Both the position numbers and the translations under genes were made by a program. From positions 431 to 64,430 of the forward strand of contig JAHILH010000003.1 in assembly GCA_018897195.1 (NCBI GenBank): 64,000 bases of DNA. The letters run 5' to 3'. This DNA is from Patescibacteria group bacterium. Lineage in GTDB: Bacteria > Patescibacteriota > Patescibacteriia > Patescibacteriales > UBA12075. The notes under the pieces were generated by a model that did not search any database, was not told the origin of the DNA, and saw only the letters and a program-made list of their open reading frames with translations. Shown here piece by piece: positions 43,041 through 53,600 of this stretch; position 1 is the first letter of the stretch; the number at the start of each line of letters is the position of its first letter.

Positions 43041-44825
43041 ATGTTGCGAACACATAAGTGTGGTGAATTAACCAAGAAAAATTTAAATGAGGAAGTAATC
43101 TTATCCGGCTGGGTGCATAGCCGACGTGATCACGGTGGAATTATTTTTATTGATTTACGTGATCGTTATGGATTGACGCAGATCAAGTTTGATCCAGAAA
43201 TTAATAAAGCTGCTTGGAGCGAAGCGGATGCGGCGCGGAGTGAATGGGTATTGCAGGTGACTGGTAAAGTGATTGCGCGACCAGATAATATGGTCAATCC
43301 AAAATTAGCGACTGGAGAAATTGAGATTGAGGCTATTAGTGTGGAGATTTTGAATAAATCAGAAACGCCTCCTTTTGAATTGAATGAAGATAAGGTAAGT
43401 GAAATTAATGAACATATTCGTTTGAAATATCGTTTTGTGGATTTGCGCCGACAACGCATGCAACATATTATGAAAATGCGTGATGATGTTTTGACACACA
43501 TGCGCCGGTATTTTCATTCGCTAGATTTTATTGATGTACAGACTCCGATTTTGGCTAATTCATCTCCGGAAGGAGCGCGTGATTTTTTGATTCCATCACG
43601 TTTTCATCCGGGTAAATTTTATGCCTTGCCACAGGCGCCGCAACAATTCAAACAACTCTTGATGGTTGGTGGCGTTGATAAATATTTTCAAATCGCACCA
43701 TGTTTCCGTGATGAAGATCCAAGATCAGATCGTCATCAAGGAGATTTTTATCAAGTCGATATGGAGATGAGCTTTGTGGAACAGGAAGATGTGTGGCGTG
43801 TGATTGAAAATTTAATGATCGAAGTGATTGAGAAGTTTAGTGACATGGAAATAATTAACAAACCATTTTTGCGAATTCCATATATGGAATGTTTGACTAA
43901 GTATGGTAGTGATAAGCCGGATTTGCGTTATGGTCTAGAGATTGAGCCGATAACGGAGATGGTGGCTGGTTGTGGCTTCTCAGTCTTTGCGGATATGGCA
44001 GCGAAAAATGGTTACGTCGTGCACGCCTTGAAAGTAGATGGTGGTGCGAAGTTTAGTCGTAAGGAGATTGATGAGTTGACTGAAGTGGCGAAGACGAAAG
44101 GAGCGAAAGGCTTGGCATACATTATTTTAAAAGAAGGCGGTGAGTTGCAGTCGCCAATCGTGAAATTTTTGGGTGAAGAATTGGCAAAGAAAATCGTGGA
44201 TAGATTGGAGGCGAAGGCGGGTGATATCGTTTTCTTTGGCGCTGACAAGTTTGAGACCGTCTGGAAGGCACTTGGCGCGGTTCGTAGTGACTGTGGCACG
44301 CGTTTAGGTCTAAAAGACGATAAAAAGGCTTCATTGGTCTGGGTGGTAGATTTCCCGATGTTTGAAATGTCTGAGCTTGAACCAGGTCGTGTCGATTTCT
44401 CACACAATCCATTCTCAATGCCTCAAGGCGGACTCAAGTCCTTGCAAGAAAAAAATCCTTTCGACATCTTGGCGTATCAATATGATTTAGCCTTCAACGG
44501 CTATGAAATATTATCCGGTGCGATTCGCAATCACAATCCAGAGATTATGTATAAAGCTTTTGAATTGGCTGGTTACAAACAAGAGGAAGTAGATGCTCGA
44601 TTCGGTGGCTTGATCAATGCTTTCAAATTCGGTGCGCCACCTCATGGCGGTTCCGCGATTGGCATTGACCGCGTCTTGATGATTCTTCTTGGCATCGACT
44701 CCGTGCGAGACGTTTATGCCTTTCCTAAGGATGGTCAAGGACGCGATGTGATGATGGACAGTCCGACTGTTGTTGATGAGAAGCAATTGCGAGAGTTGAA
44801 TATTAAAATCACAAAACAAATATAA
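43041..44825 (+). CDS. aspS: Aspartyl-tRNA synthetase
   Basis: 594 aa. MLRTHKCGEL, class II motifs FRDEDPR..., bacterial-type insertion domain, GGSAIGIDR. Confidence 0.96.
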   Translation: MLRTHKCGELTKKNLNEEVILSGWVHSRRDHGGIIFIDLRDRYGLTQIKFDPEINKAAWSEADAARSEWVLQVTGKVIARPDNMVNPKLATGEIEIEAISVEILNKSETPPFELNEDKVSEINEHIRLKYRFVDLRRQRMQHIMKMRDDVLTHMRRYFHSLDFIDVQTPILANSSPEGARDFLIPSRFHPGKFYALPQAPQQFKQLLMVGGVDKYFQIAPCFRDEDPRSDRHQGDFYQVDMEMSFVEQEDVWRVIENLMIEVIEKFSDMEIINKPFLRIPYMECLTKYGSDKPDLRYGLEIEPITEMVAGCGFSVFADMAAKNGYVVHALKVDGGAKFSRKEIDELTEVAKTKGAKGLAYIILKEGGELQSPIVKFLGEELAKKIVDRLEAKAGDIVFFGADKFETVWKALGAVRSDCGTRLGLKDDKKASLVWVVDFPMFEMSELEPGRVDFSHNPFSMPQGGLKSLQEKNPFDILAYQYDLAFNGYEILSGAIRNHNPEIMYKAFELAGYKQEEVDARFGGLINAFKFGAPPHGGSAIGIDRVLMILLGIDSVRDVYAFPKDGQGRDVMMDSPTVVDEKQLRELNIKITKQI

Positions 44826-44851
44826 TTCTATATAAAAAAGAGGGGTAATGG

Positions 44852-45007
44852 TCTCCCTCGCCCCGCGGGAGAGGGTTAGCGCAATCCTCGTCCGACAAAT
44901 AATAAGGGGACGGGGTGAGGGGTTGTCGGAAGATGGTTTGTGGATAATATTTTGTTTAGTGCACAGAAAACTACCTCACCCTAACCCTCTCCTGGCAAGG
45001 AGAGGGA
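44852..45007. mobile_element. MITE-like element, copy 2 (same family as 7000-7124, with an extra ~36-bp internal hairpin)
   Basis: Shares the terminal units and the core ggggtgaggggttgtcggaagatggtttgtgg...gcacagaaaactacctcaccctaaccctctcctggcaaggagaggga with copy 1. Fills the aspS-leuS gap. Confidence 0.65.
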
Positions 45008-45038
45008 ATAAAACGATTTAATTTTAATTTTAAAACAT

Positions 45039-47474
45039 ATGTACGATCATAAAATAATTGAGAAAAAATGGCAGCAGAAATGGGAAGAGAGTGGAATCAA
45101 TAAAACTGGCGATAATGAGGGCAAGGATAAATATTATTGTCTAGATATGTTTCCTTATCCGTCTGGCGCTGGTTTGCACATCGGTCATGTCGAGAGCTAT
45201 ACAGCGACGGATATCATGTCTCGTTATCAACGCATGAACGGTAAGAATGTTTTGCATCCGCAGGGCTGGGATGCTTTTGGTTTGCCGGCGGAGAATTACG
45301 CGATCAAGACTGGTACTCATCCATCGGTGACGACAACGGATAATATCAAGAACTTTACGCGTCAGATTAAGAGTCTGGGCATGTCTTATGATTGGAGTAA
45401 AGAAATTAATACTTCAACGCCGGAATATTACAAATGGACACAATGGTTTTTTTCTTTGTTATATAAAAATGGTTTAGCTTATAAAAAGAAGTCTAAAGTG
45501 AATTGGTGTCCAAAGTGTCAAACAGTATTAGCCAATGAACAAGCTAATGGAGGTGTTTGTGAGCGTTGCAGTACCAAGGTTGAACAGCGAGATTTAGAGC
45601 AGTGGTTTTTTAAGATCACGGATTTTATTGAACAGAATGGTCAGACCACTGGTCTTTTGGATGGTTTGAATAAAGTTGATTGGCCGGAATCAATCAAGGC
45701 AGCACAGCGTAATTGGATTGGAAAATCTGAAGGTGCACTTGTTAAATTTCTGATTAGCGATAGCCAAGAACATCTTGAAGTATTTACGACACGCGTCGAT
45801 ACGATTTTTGGTTGCACCTATTGTGTAGTGGCACCTGAACATCCACTGATTGAAAACTTGAAATTGCAAATTGAAAATTACAACGAAGTTGAGCAGTATA
45901 TTTTAGAAGCTAAACACAAGACCGATCTGGATCGTATGGAGGCGAAAGAAAAATCCGGAGTCGAACTCAAGGGGGTGAAGATGATTAATCCATTTAATGG
46001 CGAAGAGGTGTCTTTATTTGTAGCCGACTATGTTTTGGGTAGTTATGGAACTGGTGCAGTAATGGCGGTGCCGGCACATGATGAAAGAGATTGGGAGTTT
46101 GCGAAGAAGTATGATTTAAAAATTAAAAAATCTATTGATAGTAAGCAGAGCACTGATGAAGAGCTTTTTACCGATGATGGTGTGCTTGTTAACTCTGGTG
46201 AATTCACTGGCTTGAAATCGGCGGCAGCGCGTGAAAAAATGATGTCATGGCTTGAGGAGAAAGGAGCTGGTGCGCGCAAAATTAATTATCGTTTGCGTGA
46301 TTGGTTAGTATCTCGTCAGCGTTATTGGGGCGCGCCGATTCCGGTGATTTATTGTGATGATTGTGGTGAAGTGTTGGATGCTAATTTGCCAGTGGAATTG
46401 CCGACGGATGTAGATTTCAAACCGACTGGTGAATCGCCGTTAGTTTACTCAAAAACTTTTCATGATGTGCAATGTCCAAAGTGTGGCAGTGCAGCTGCGC
46501 GTCGTGAGTCAGATACAATGGACACCTTTGTGTGCTCAAGTTGGTATTATTTTCGTTATACTGATTGCGAAAACAAAGACGAATTTGCTTCAAAGGAAAG
46601 TATTAAAAAATGGTTGCCGGTAGATTTATATGTTGGTGGGGCGGAACACGCGGTGTTGCATTTACTGTATGCGCGTTTCTTTACCAAGGTCTTGCACAAC
46701 TTAGGCTATATTGATTTTGATGAGCCATTCTTAAAATTACGTAATCAGGGCATGATTCTGGCAGAGGATGGACGTAAGATGTCAAAATCACTTGGTAATG
46801 TTGTTAATCCTGATGAGGTAGTAGAATCGCACGGCGCTGATTCATTGCGTATGTTTGAAATGTTTATGGGACCATTGGAGGATGCGAAACCATGGAATAC
46901 GAAGGGGATTGTGGGTGTCAGAAAATTTTTGGAAAAGATTTATAATATTGTTGAAAATAAACACTTGGAAAATTGTAATTGCGCTACTGATGAGTGTGCC
47001 GGCATTGCTAAACCATTTGCCACTTTGGTGCATAAGACGATTAAGAAAGTGGGCGAGGATATCATGGATTTTAAATTTAATACCGCAATTGCTCAGATGA
47101 TGATTTTGGTCAACGAGATGAGTCGCTATGAGATTTTGCCAAAGATGGCGGTGGAAAAACTATTACAAATTTTAGCGCCATTTGCGCCACACATAGCTGA
47201 AGAGTTGTGGGAAAAATTGGGTCACAGCGAAAGCATTCTTAAATCTAGTTGGCCACAATATAATCCAGACAAGATTGTTGATGAGGTGATTCAATTGGTC
47301 GTACAAGTGAACGGTAAGCTTCGCGATACGATTGAGGTGGCATCAGATATTACCGAAGAAGACGCAAAAAAAGTCGCTCTAGAAAGCGACGTGATTAAGA
47401 AATGGATTGATGGTAAGGAGATTGTGAAAGTGGTGGTTGTTAAGGGTAAGTTAGTTAATATTGTTATCAGATAA
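45039..47474 (+). CDS. leuS: Leucyl-tRNA synthetase
   Basis: 811 aa. PYPSGAGLHIGH (HIGH), KMSKS, CP1 editing-domain region, Zn-binding CPKC...CERC. Confidence 0.97.
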   Translation: MYDHKIIEKKWQQKWEESGINKTGDNEGKDKYYCLDMFPYPSGAGLHIGHVESYTATDIMSRYQRMNGKNVLHPQGWDAFGLPAENYAIKTGTHPSVTTTDNIKNFTRQIKSLGMSYDWSKEINTSTPEYYKWTQWFFSLLYKNGLAYKKKSKVNWCPKCQTVLANEQANGGVCERCSTKVEQRDLEQWFFKITDFIEQNGQTTGLLDGLNKVDWPESIKAAQRNWIGKSEGALVKFLISDSQEHLEVFTTRVDTIFGCTYCVVAPEHPLIENLKLQIENYNEVEQYILEAKHKTDLDRMEAKEKSGVELKGVKMINPFNGEEVSLFVADYVLGSYGTGAVMAVPAHDERDWEFAKKYDLKIKKSIDSKQSTDEELFTDDGVLVNSGEFTGLKSAAAREKMMSWLEEKGAGARKINYRLRDWLVSRQRYWGAPIPVIYCDDCGEVLDANLPVELPTDVDFKPTGESPLVYSKTFHDVQCPKCGSAAARRESDTMDTFVCSSWYYFRYTDCENKDEFASKESIKKWLPVDLYVGGAEHAVLHLLYARFFTKVLHNLGYIDFDEPFLKLRNQGMILAEDGRKMSKSLGNVVNPDEVVESHGADSLRMFEMFMGPLEDAKPWNTKGIVGVRKFLEKIYNIVENKHLENCNCATDECAGIAKPFATLVHKTIKKVGEDIMDFKFNTAIAQMMILVNEMSRYEILPKMAVEKLLQILAPFAPHIAEELWEKLGHSESILKSSWPQYNPDKIVDEVIQLVVQVNGKLRDTIEVASDITEEDAKKVALESDVIKKWIDGKEIVKVVVVKGKLVNIVIR

Positions 47475-47481
47475 TTTATAT

Positions 47482-47519
47482 TCTCCCTCGCCCCGGCGGG
47501 AGAGGGTCGGGGTGAGGGG
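47482..47519. repeat. Solo unit of the palindromic repeat family
   Basis: tctccctcgccccggcgggagagggtcggggtgagggg. Confidence 0.6.
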
Positions 47520-47531
47520 TAAATTTGAAAA

Positions 47532-48407
47532 TTACAGATTTGTCATCAACCACACGCCGTCAATCTTCTCTATATAAAAACGCACCGGAATTTTTTCCCC
47601 ATTAAAATATACTTCATTGAAGTATGTTTTTTTGGTTTCAGTAGATGATTCGAGTCGAGAGCCAGAGAGGATATTACCAAGCGTGAGACGGCCTTCGGCA
47701 TTGAGGAAGTCGACGGTGTATTCGATAGCTTTTTTCATTGTCGGTATGAAATACTTAACCGCTTCACTCTTATTGCCGTTTCGAATGGCATTAGCGGCTG
47801 CGTTAATCGGATCATTGATACTTGGTGTTTCGACTGGTTGCGCTGGCGTACTGATTTCATTATAAAGTATGCCGACCGGAATTGTTTCAAGATTCTTGTT
47901 GCTGATGCCGAGTCCGAGATTTTTCATAATGGTAAAAGCGTCGCAGGGGCGATTAAGAAAATATCTTCGTTGATCACTTGGATTTACATACCAGGCTTGG
48001 CCGTTTTTTTCGGTTTGTAAAAAAATCTTGCCGAGATGATGAGTTGTAAAAGCGGTATCAATATTAAGTTTGCCTGCGCCGAATGGGTTGTAGTTATTCT
48101 TGATTTCAATTTCATCACTGTAACCATCGCCATCGCTGTCAATTGGCCCTGTCTCAACTCGTGGGACGATTTTATTCAAATCGGCGTTACTAATGCCAAG
48201 GCTGAGTTTTTTCATTAACTCAAAAGCATCTTGTGGGCGACCAAGAAAATAGCGCTTGTTGTCGCCTGGATTAATATACCACGCTTCTCCGTGAGCTTCG
48301 ACTTGAATTAGAATTTGACCAGAAAGTTTAGCGGCAAGACTGGTGTCAGCAAAAGTGCTCAGAGGAAGAAATGATAGGATTGTGATGGCGGTTAGAATTT
48401 TTTTCAT
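47532..48407 (-). CDS. Secreted protein with two copies of a ~50-aa 'GEAWY-NP-RYFLGRP-DAF-LGISN' domain, a TSP3-like DxDxDGxxD motif and a C-terminal globular domain
   Basis: 291 aa. Signal peptide MKKILTAITILSFLPLSTFA. Internal duplication GQILIQVEAHGEAWYINPGDNKRYFLGRPQDAFELMKKLSLGISNADL versus GKIFLQTEKNGQAWYVNPSDQRRYFLNRPCDAFTIMKNLGLGISNKNL. DSDGDGYSDEIE lies between the copies. Confidence 0.6.
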   Translation of the reverse strand: MKKILTAITILSFLPLSTFADTSLAAKLSGQILIQVEAHGEAWYINPGDNKRYFLGRPQDAFELMKKLSLGISNADLNKIVPRVETGPIDSDGDGYSDEIEIKNNYNPFGAGKLNIDTAFTTHHLGKIFLQTEKNGQAWYVNPSDQRRYFLNRPCDAFTIMKNLGLGISNKNLETIPVGILYNEISTPAQPVETPSINDPINAAANAIRNGNKSEAVKYFIPTMKKAIEYTVDFLNAEGRLTLGNILSGSRLESSTETKKTYFNEVYFNGEKIPVRFYIEKIDGVWLMTNL

Positions 48408-48460
48408 ATATTTATTTTAGCACATTTTCTATTTTTTTATAAATTTGGTATAATGTTGAT

Positions 48461-48949
48461 ATGAAGATAAAAAGTAAAAAAGGAATATTGTTGTCATTTT
48501 TTGCATTGTCCATGGTCGGCGCTTATTTTTTTGTAAGTAATTCTGGTAAATTTCATTTATTTCAGGGTGCACAAGCAGTGGGCGGCTTTCCGTATCAGAT
48601 TGGATTGACAACGGTGACGGTAATTCCTTGTTTTACAACCGGCTATCCACCTCTCTGTGAGGGCGGAACGCTTTGTTTAACTAAGGACGCGGCAAGTTGC
48701 ACTTTGTATTCTGACGTGAGCGGGTCACCAGCTGGCGGCATGGGAATGAATGCTTTGTTCTTGAATACGTCTATCGCCCAGGCTGGCCTGACATCAGGCG
48801 GTCAGTTAATTGCTGGTGGCATGTCTAATGTTCTAATGGATAATGGTGTTTTGGCCTCAACTGCTGGTTGTGCCGGTTGTATGGCTAAGGCGAATAAGGT
48901 TGATAAAATAAAAGAGGTATTTGATTATGTAATTGCTTCGTTTAAATAA
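48461..48949 (+). CDS. Hypothetical membrane-anchored/secreted Cys- and Gly-rich protein
   Basis: 162 aa. N-terminal hydrophobic segment, eight Cys, Gly/Ala/Ser-rich. TATAAT at 48449-48454 lies only 6 nt before the ATG. Confidence 0.45.
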   Translation: MKIKSKKGILLSFFALSMVGAYFFVSNSGKFHLFQGAQAVGGFPYQIGLTTVTVIPCFTTGYPPLCEGGTLCLTKDAASCTLYSDVSGSPAGGMGMNALFLNTSIAQAGLTSGGQLIAGGMSNVLMDNGVLASTAGCAGCMAKANKVDKIKEVFDYVIASFK

Positions 48950-48953
48950 TTTT

Positions 48954-48991
48954 CCCCTCACCCCAACCCTCTCCCGCCAGGGCGAGGGAGA
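48954..48991. repeat. Solo unit of the palindromic repeat family (inverted orientation)
   Basis: cccctcaccccaaccctctcccgccagggcgagggaga, approximately the reverse complement of the 47482 unit. Confidence 0.6.
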
Positions 48992-49004
48992 TTGAAAAGT
49001 AACT

Positions 49005-49847
49005 ATGAATTTATTACAAAAAACCCAAAAAATTTGCCAAGAGAATAAAATTGAGCCTGCCCGGTCAAAGGGGCAGAATTTTTTAATTAATGAAGGAGTT
49101 TATGATGATATTATTGTGGCATCCGATTTGCAGGCAGCTGACGTAGTTTTAGAAGTGGGACCTGGTTTGGGGTTTTTGACACGAAAATTAGCGGAAAAGG
49201 TGCAAAAAGTCATTGCCATTGAATTAGACGATGTCCTGGCGGCCTTGTTGGTCAAAAATTTGACCAAGGAAGGGATTAAAAACGTGGAGGTGCGCAATGA
49301 GAACATTCTTGATTTAAACTTGCAGGGCGTGGATTTTGTGGCTAACAAATATAAAATAGTAGCCAATCTTCCATATAATATTACTTCAGTTTTCTTGCGT
49401 CGTTTTTTAGAGACTGACAATCGGCCAGAGTTGATGGTTTTGATGTTGCAAAAAGAAGTGGCTGAGCGGATTATTGCTAAGCCGGGACAGATGAGTATTT
49501 TGGCTAATTCAGTGCAGTTTTTCGCGAATGGTGATATTGTTCAGGTGGTGCCCAAAAATGATTTTTGGCCAGCCCCAAAAGTAGACTCGGCGGTTATTAA
49601 GCTGAAAACATTTGAATCAGTTGAAGATGCGGCTTACCAGAAGCGATTTTTTAGATTGGTAAAGCATGGATTTGTTTCCAAGCGTAAAATGTTAAAGAAT
49701 AATCTGTCGTCCGGATATCATGTGCCTCAAGAAAAGATCTTGCCAGTAATTGAAAAAGTGGGCTTAAATGAAAAAGCACGGGCTCAGGAATTGGCGCTTG
49801 ACGATTGGAAGAGATTGCTTGTCGAAGTGGAGGCAAATATGTTATAA
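49005..49847 (+). CDS. rsmA: 16S rRNA (adenine1518/1519-N6)-dimethyltransferase
   Basis: 280 aa. KGQNFL, VLEVGPGLG, ANLPYNI motifs. Confidence 0.92.
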   Translation: MNLLQKTQKICQENKIEPARSKGQNFLINEGVYDDIIVASDLQAADVVLEVGPGLGFLTRKLAEKVQKVIAIELDDVLAALLVKNLTKEGIKNVEVRNENILDLNLQGVDFVANKYKIVANLPYNITSVFLRRFLETDNRPELMVLMLQKEVAERIIAKPGQMSILANSVQFFANGDIVQVVPKNDFWPAPKVDSAVIKLKTFESVEDAAYQKRFFRLVKHGFVSKRKMLKNNLSSGYHVPQEKILPVIEKVGLNEKARAQELALDDWKRLLVEVEANML

Positions 49848-49913
49848 TTATCATAGTTGTTGATAACCCTAACGGAGTCCCTTTGGGTGATTCATATTCA
49901 TAATAAATTCCTC

Positions 49914-50633
49914 ATGCAAGAAGAGCAAAACATCAGAGAAGATGTTGGTGGATTGAATGATAGTAATCAAGTTGTTGATTATAATCAGTATTATTCAAGA
50001 CCACCTTTGAGTAAAGGCCAAAAGATCGCGGTCGCGGTTTTGGCTTTTTTTTCGTTTTTCATAATTATTGCTTGGATGATTCAGTTTAAGCAGGGTATTT
50101 CCGCACCTTTGAGCGGTTCTTCGACTGTGACCAACTCCAATCCGGTAACTACCGATACTGAGGTACCAGCAACTGTGAATATGACCAAGGATACCGATGG
50201 TGATGGCCTGACTGATTACAATGAGCTTAATACTTATAAAACTTCGCCATATTTAGAGGATTCCGATAGTGATGGTTTTAGTGATAAGGTGGAGATTGAT
50301 AGCGGTAAGGATCCGAATTGTCCAACGGGGGCTATTTGTAATGCGGTTGGGACTGATACGATAGCATCGACGACAATAAATGGAGTGCAGAGTAATAATC
50401 CCTTACTAAATTCCGTAGGACAGGAGGCAAATCAATCAGGAGGCAGTCAGCCAATATTGAATTTATCTGCTAGTAGTACCGACACTATTGACGCACAAAA
50501 GGTTTTGGCCGGTCAAGCTGACGCAGCTTCATTGCGCAAGATGTTGCTTCAAGCGGGTATGGATCCGACGGTGCTAGAGAAGATTTCCGATGAGGATTTA
50601 ATGAATAATTATAAACAAACTTTAAATAAGTGA
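49914..50633 (+). CDS. Single-TM membrane protein with thrombospondin-type-3-like Ca-binding repeats
   Basis: I placed the start at the ATG at 49914; the track start at 49857 is a TTG. TM segment IAVAVLAFFSFFIIIAWMI, then DTDGDGLTDYNE and DSDSDGFSDKVE motifs. Confidence 0.55.
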   Translation: MQEEQNIREDVGGLNDSNQVVDYNQYYSRPPLSKGQKIAVAVLAFFSFFIIIAWMIQFKQGISAPLSGSSTVTNSNPVTTDTEVPATVNMTKDTDGDGLTDYNELNTYKTSPYLEDSDSDGFSDKVEIDSGKDPNCPTGAICNAVGTDTIASTTINGVQSNNPLLNSVGQEANQSGGSQPILNLSASSTDTIDAQKVLAGQADAASLRKMLLQAGMDPTVLEKISDEDLMNNYKQTLNK

Positions 50634-50667
50634 TTTAAAATAGTGAGGGTTTAAATTTGTAAACAAT

Positions 50668-53600
50668 ATGACTACGGAAAATAAAAAAACAATAAAGAAG
50701 AGATTTTGGCAGAGCTTTGTTTTAGGATTTTTTGTTGTTTTTTTATTGTTTGGTCGTGGCAAAAATGTTGCGGCGCTGTTCACTGGAACAGATTTTGCCG
50801 GAGGATCGGTTACAGATATAGCTTCATTGGGCAGCGCAGATCAGGCGGCGTTTGATCAGGCTCTTGGTGCTGGATTGATTAAGGTTGGTGATGATGGGGT
50901 GGTAAAAACTACCCTAAAGGGTGATATGGCTGATGCTGCGTCATGGGCTAGGACTTTTGCAGAACAAAAAACTAGAGATGCTTTGTCGACTCTTAATGCG
51001 AAAACTTTTTGGGCGGCGGCTCAAAAATCTTTAAACACCATTGCTTACGATACAGCTACTTGGATTGGCTCTGGTGGAAAAGGTCAAAAGCCGTTGTTTA
51101 TTACCGAGGGTTGGGATAAGTATTTGGCCAATATTGGTGATAATTTTGCCGGAGAATATATTGAAGCTCTGAGTAAGAAGTGGGATGCTAATCTTTGTAA
51201 CCCTAGCTTTGATATTAAAATTAAAATCTTAGGTGGTTTGTCTGGACCGTATCGGAAGAAAGCGCCGGCTTGTACTTTTACAACAATGAAGAAAAATTGG
51301 GAGTCGGAACTGGCTAGACCGGATTTTCTTAATCGCTTCCAAAATATGTTTGAGCCTAACTCTAATGATTTGGGCATCGCCTTGTCTTTGCAAACTAATT
51401 TAATGGAGGCAAGTGCTAACAAGACTAGATTGGCGGAGGAGAGGGTGAAGAATAAAAAAGGTTGGTTGGACGTTACGGATATAGCTGGCAATTTAACAGG
51501 GCTACCAACTGATCAGATTGTTACGTATCAATTGCAAAAAGATGGAACAACGAGAGCTATTGCTGCCAATACTTTTACAGGAACAATGGTTGACGCGGTT
51601 AATGTCTTTTTAAATCAATTAGCTGCGACCGTATTCAGTAATTTATTAAAAAGTTTAACCGGCGCGCCTGCTACGTCGCCGTACACAGGTGATTATGGCT
51701 TGGTGAATGTTAACGCTGGTGGTGGATCTGGCGGCACTGAAGCAGTCAAGGAGCAGTTTAAGAAGATTATTGAGCCTAATTTTACGGTGCGAGGTGATTA
51801 TGATATTTTGGCTGAATTAACAATATGTCCAGACCCAACTAAGGCGGGACCAACTAATTGTGTAATTACTGATAAATTCCGACAGGCGATTGCGGGTCGG
51901 ATGACAGTGGGAGAGGCAATGGATCAGAAGTATCTTAATCAGGATGCTATTTTTGGATTCAGATTAGATGGCTTAGAGCCGAAATATAACGAAGATTATC
52001 CATATCGTTCCATGATTATTTTGCGCAAATTTAGAATCTTGCCTGTCGGCTGGGAGGTGGCTGCGCAATATATCAAGGATCCTGCAACTGGTACAGGTGT
52101 CAGATCCTTAAAAGATTTAGTCGATTGTTTCTCTGATAATGATGCGCGTAATGGTTATTCAGCTAATTGGTGTAAGGGTTTAGTAGATCCAGATTGGGTT
52201 TTAAAGGCACCCTTGGGTTATTGTAAGAAAGAGGGGTATGGCCCAGAAATATTATCAGAAAATATTACTGGCGAGGGGAGTGCGAGCAAGTTGTCTATTT
52301 CTCGTAATAATAATTATTGCGCCGATGAACAATCTTGTATCAAGGAAAAAGCAGACGGCTCTTGTGATGTTTATGGTTATTGTACTGAAGAAAAGCGTAA
52401 ATGGAATTTTGGCAGCAATTCTTGCGAGCCGATTTATAATACTTGCCAGACCTTCCGCAGTCGTCAAGGTAATACAGTTTCTTATTTGCAAAATGGTTTA
52501 GATTTTAATAATTGTAGCGCGGATGCGGTTGGTTGTAGAGAGTATGCCATGGGCGTTAGTGCTAGTAATGGTTTTTATAATGTTGTAGATAATTCTGTCA
52601 AGTGGAGTTTATCAAGTGCCTCATCAACTTTTAATCGCATCATGAGTGATTGTGACGTTAAGGGTGAAGGTTGTCATCAGTTTATTCGTACGGAAATGAG
52701 CAACGGCGCTAATATTTTTGGCGGTTTTGAGGATTTGTTCGATGCGACTGTTGACGCAACAGCGGCCTTCGGTGACAAGAGTGTGAAATTAACACATGAT
52801 ATTGCCACTACCGTACCGGCCTTTAAGATTGACGTTGATTTGAAGGGTTATTATTATACCTTTTCCGTTTCGGCAAAAAATTGTGGCACCAACGGCGTGA
52901 TTGGAATAGGTGACAGTTTGACTAATTATTCATCGTCCACATTAGAAACAACAGATCAATGGCAACGTTTTGCAGTTTCGCATTATTTTAATAAAGAAAA
53001 TGAAAGTAATGATGGTCGAGTTTGGATAGGCGTTATCGGTGCTGACTATGCAAATTGCTTGATTGATGGCGTAAAAGTGGAAAAGAGTAAGAATCCGACT
53101 GTTTTTAGTGAATATGCACAGGTGGGCGTGATTTATGAAAAATTATTACCAAATTATTTGGAATATGTTTGTTATGATGATCCTGGGTTAAATTATAGCT
53201 TGAAGAGTACAGCACCCGCTATTTGTAATAGTTTTGCACGCAAGTGTAATGCCGAGGAGGTAGGTTGCAAAATGTTTACAGCGACAACGGACAAGATGAC
53301 AATCCCGGCGAGTGTAATACCGACTGATTATTGTGATGCATCCTGTAATGGTTATGACGAATATTTGCAATCAGAGAGTGCTTTTGATTCCCGACGATCG
53401 GCTTATTTGATTCCAACCAAAACCAAGACTTGTGGCGCCGAAGCAGTTGGCTGTGATCAATTTACTAACCTGGACAAGGTCGGTGATAGCGCGCAAAAGG
53501 AAAAAGTTGATCAGTATGGGGCAGAAGCAGTTGAGTATTATAGTGAGCTGAAGCAATGTGTTAAGGCTGGTGATGTAGCTTGCGCTGAATTTTATACCTG

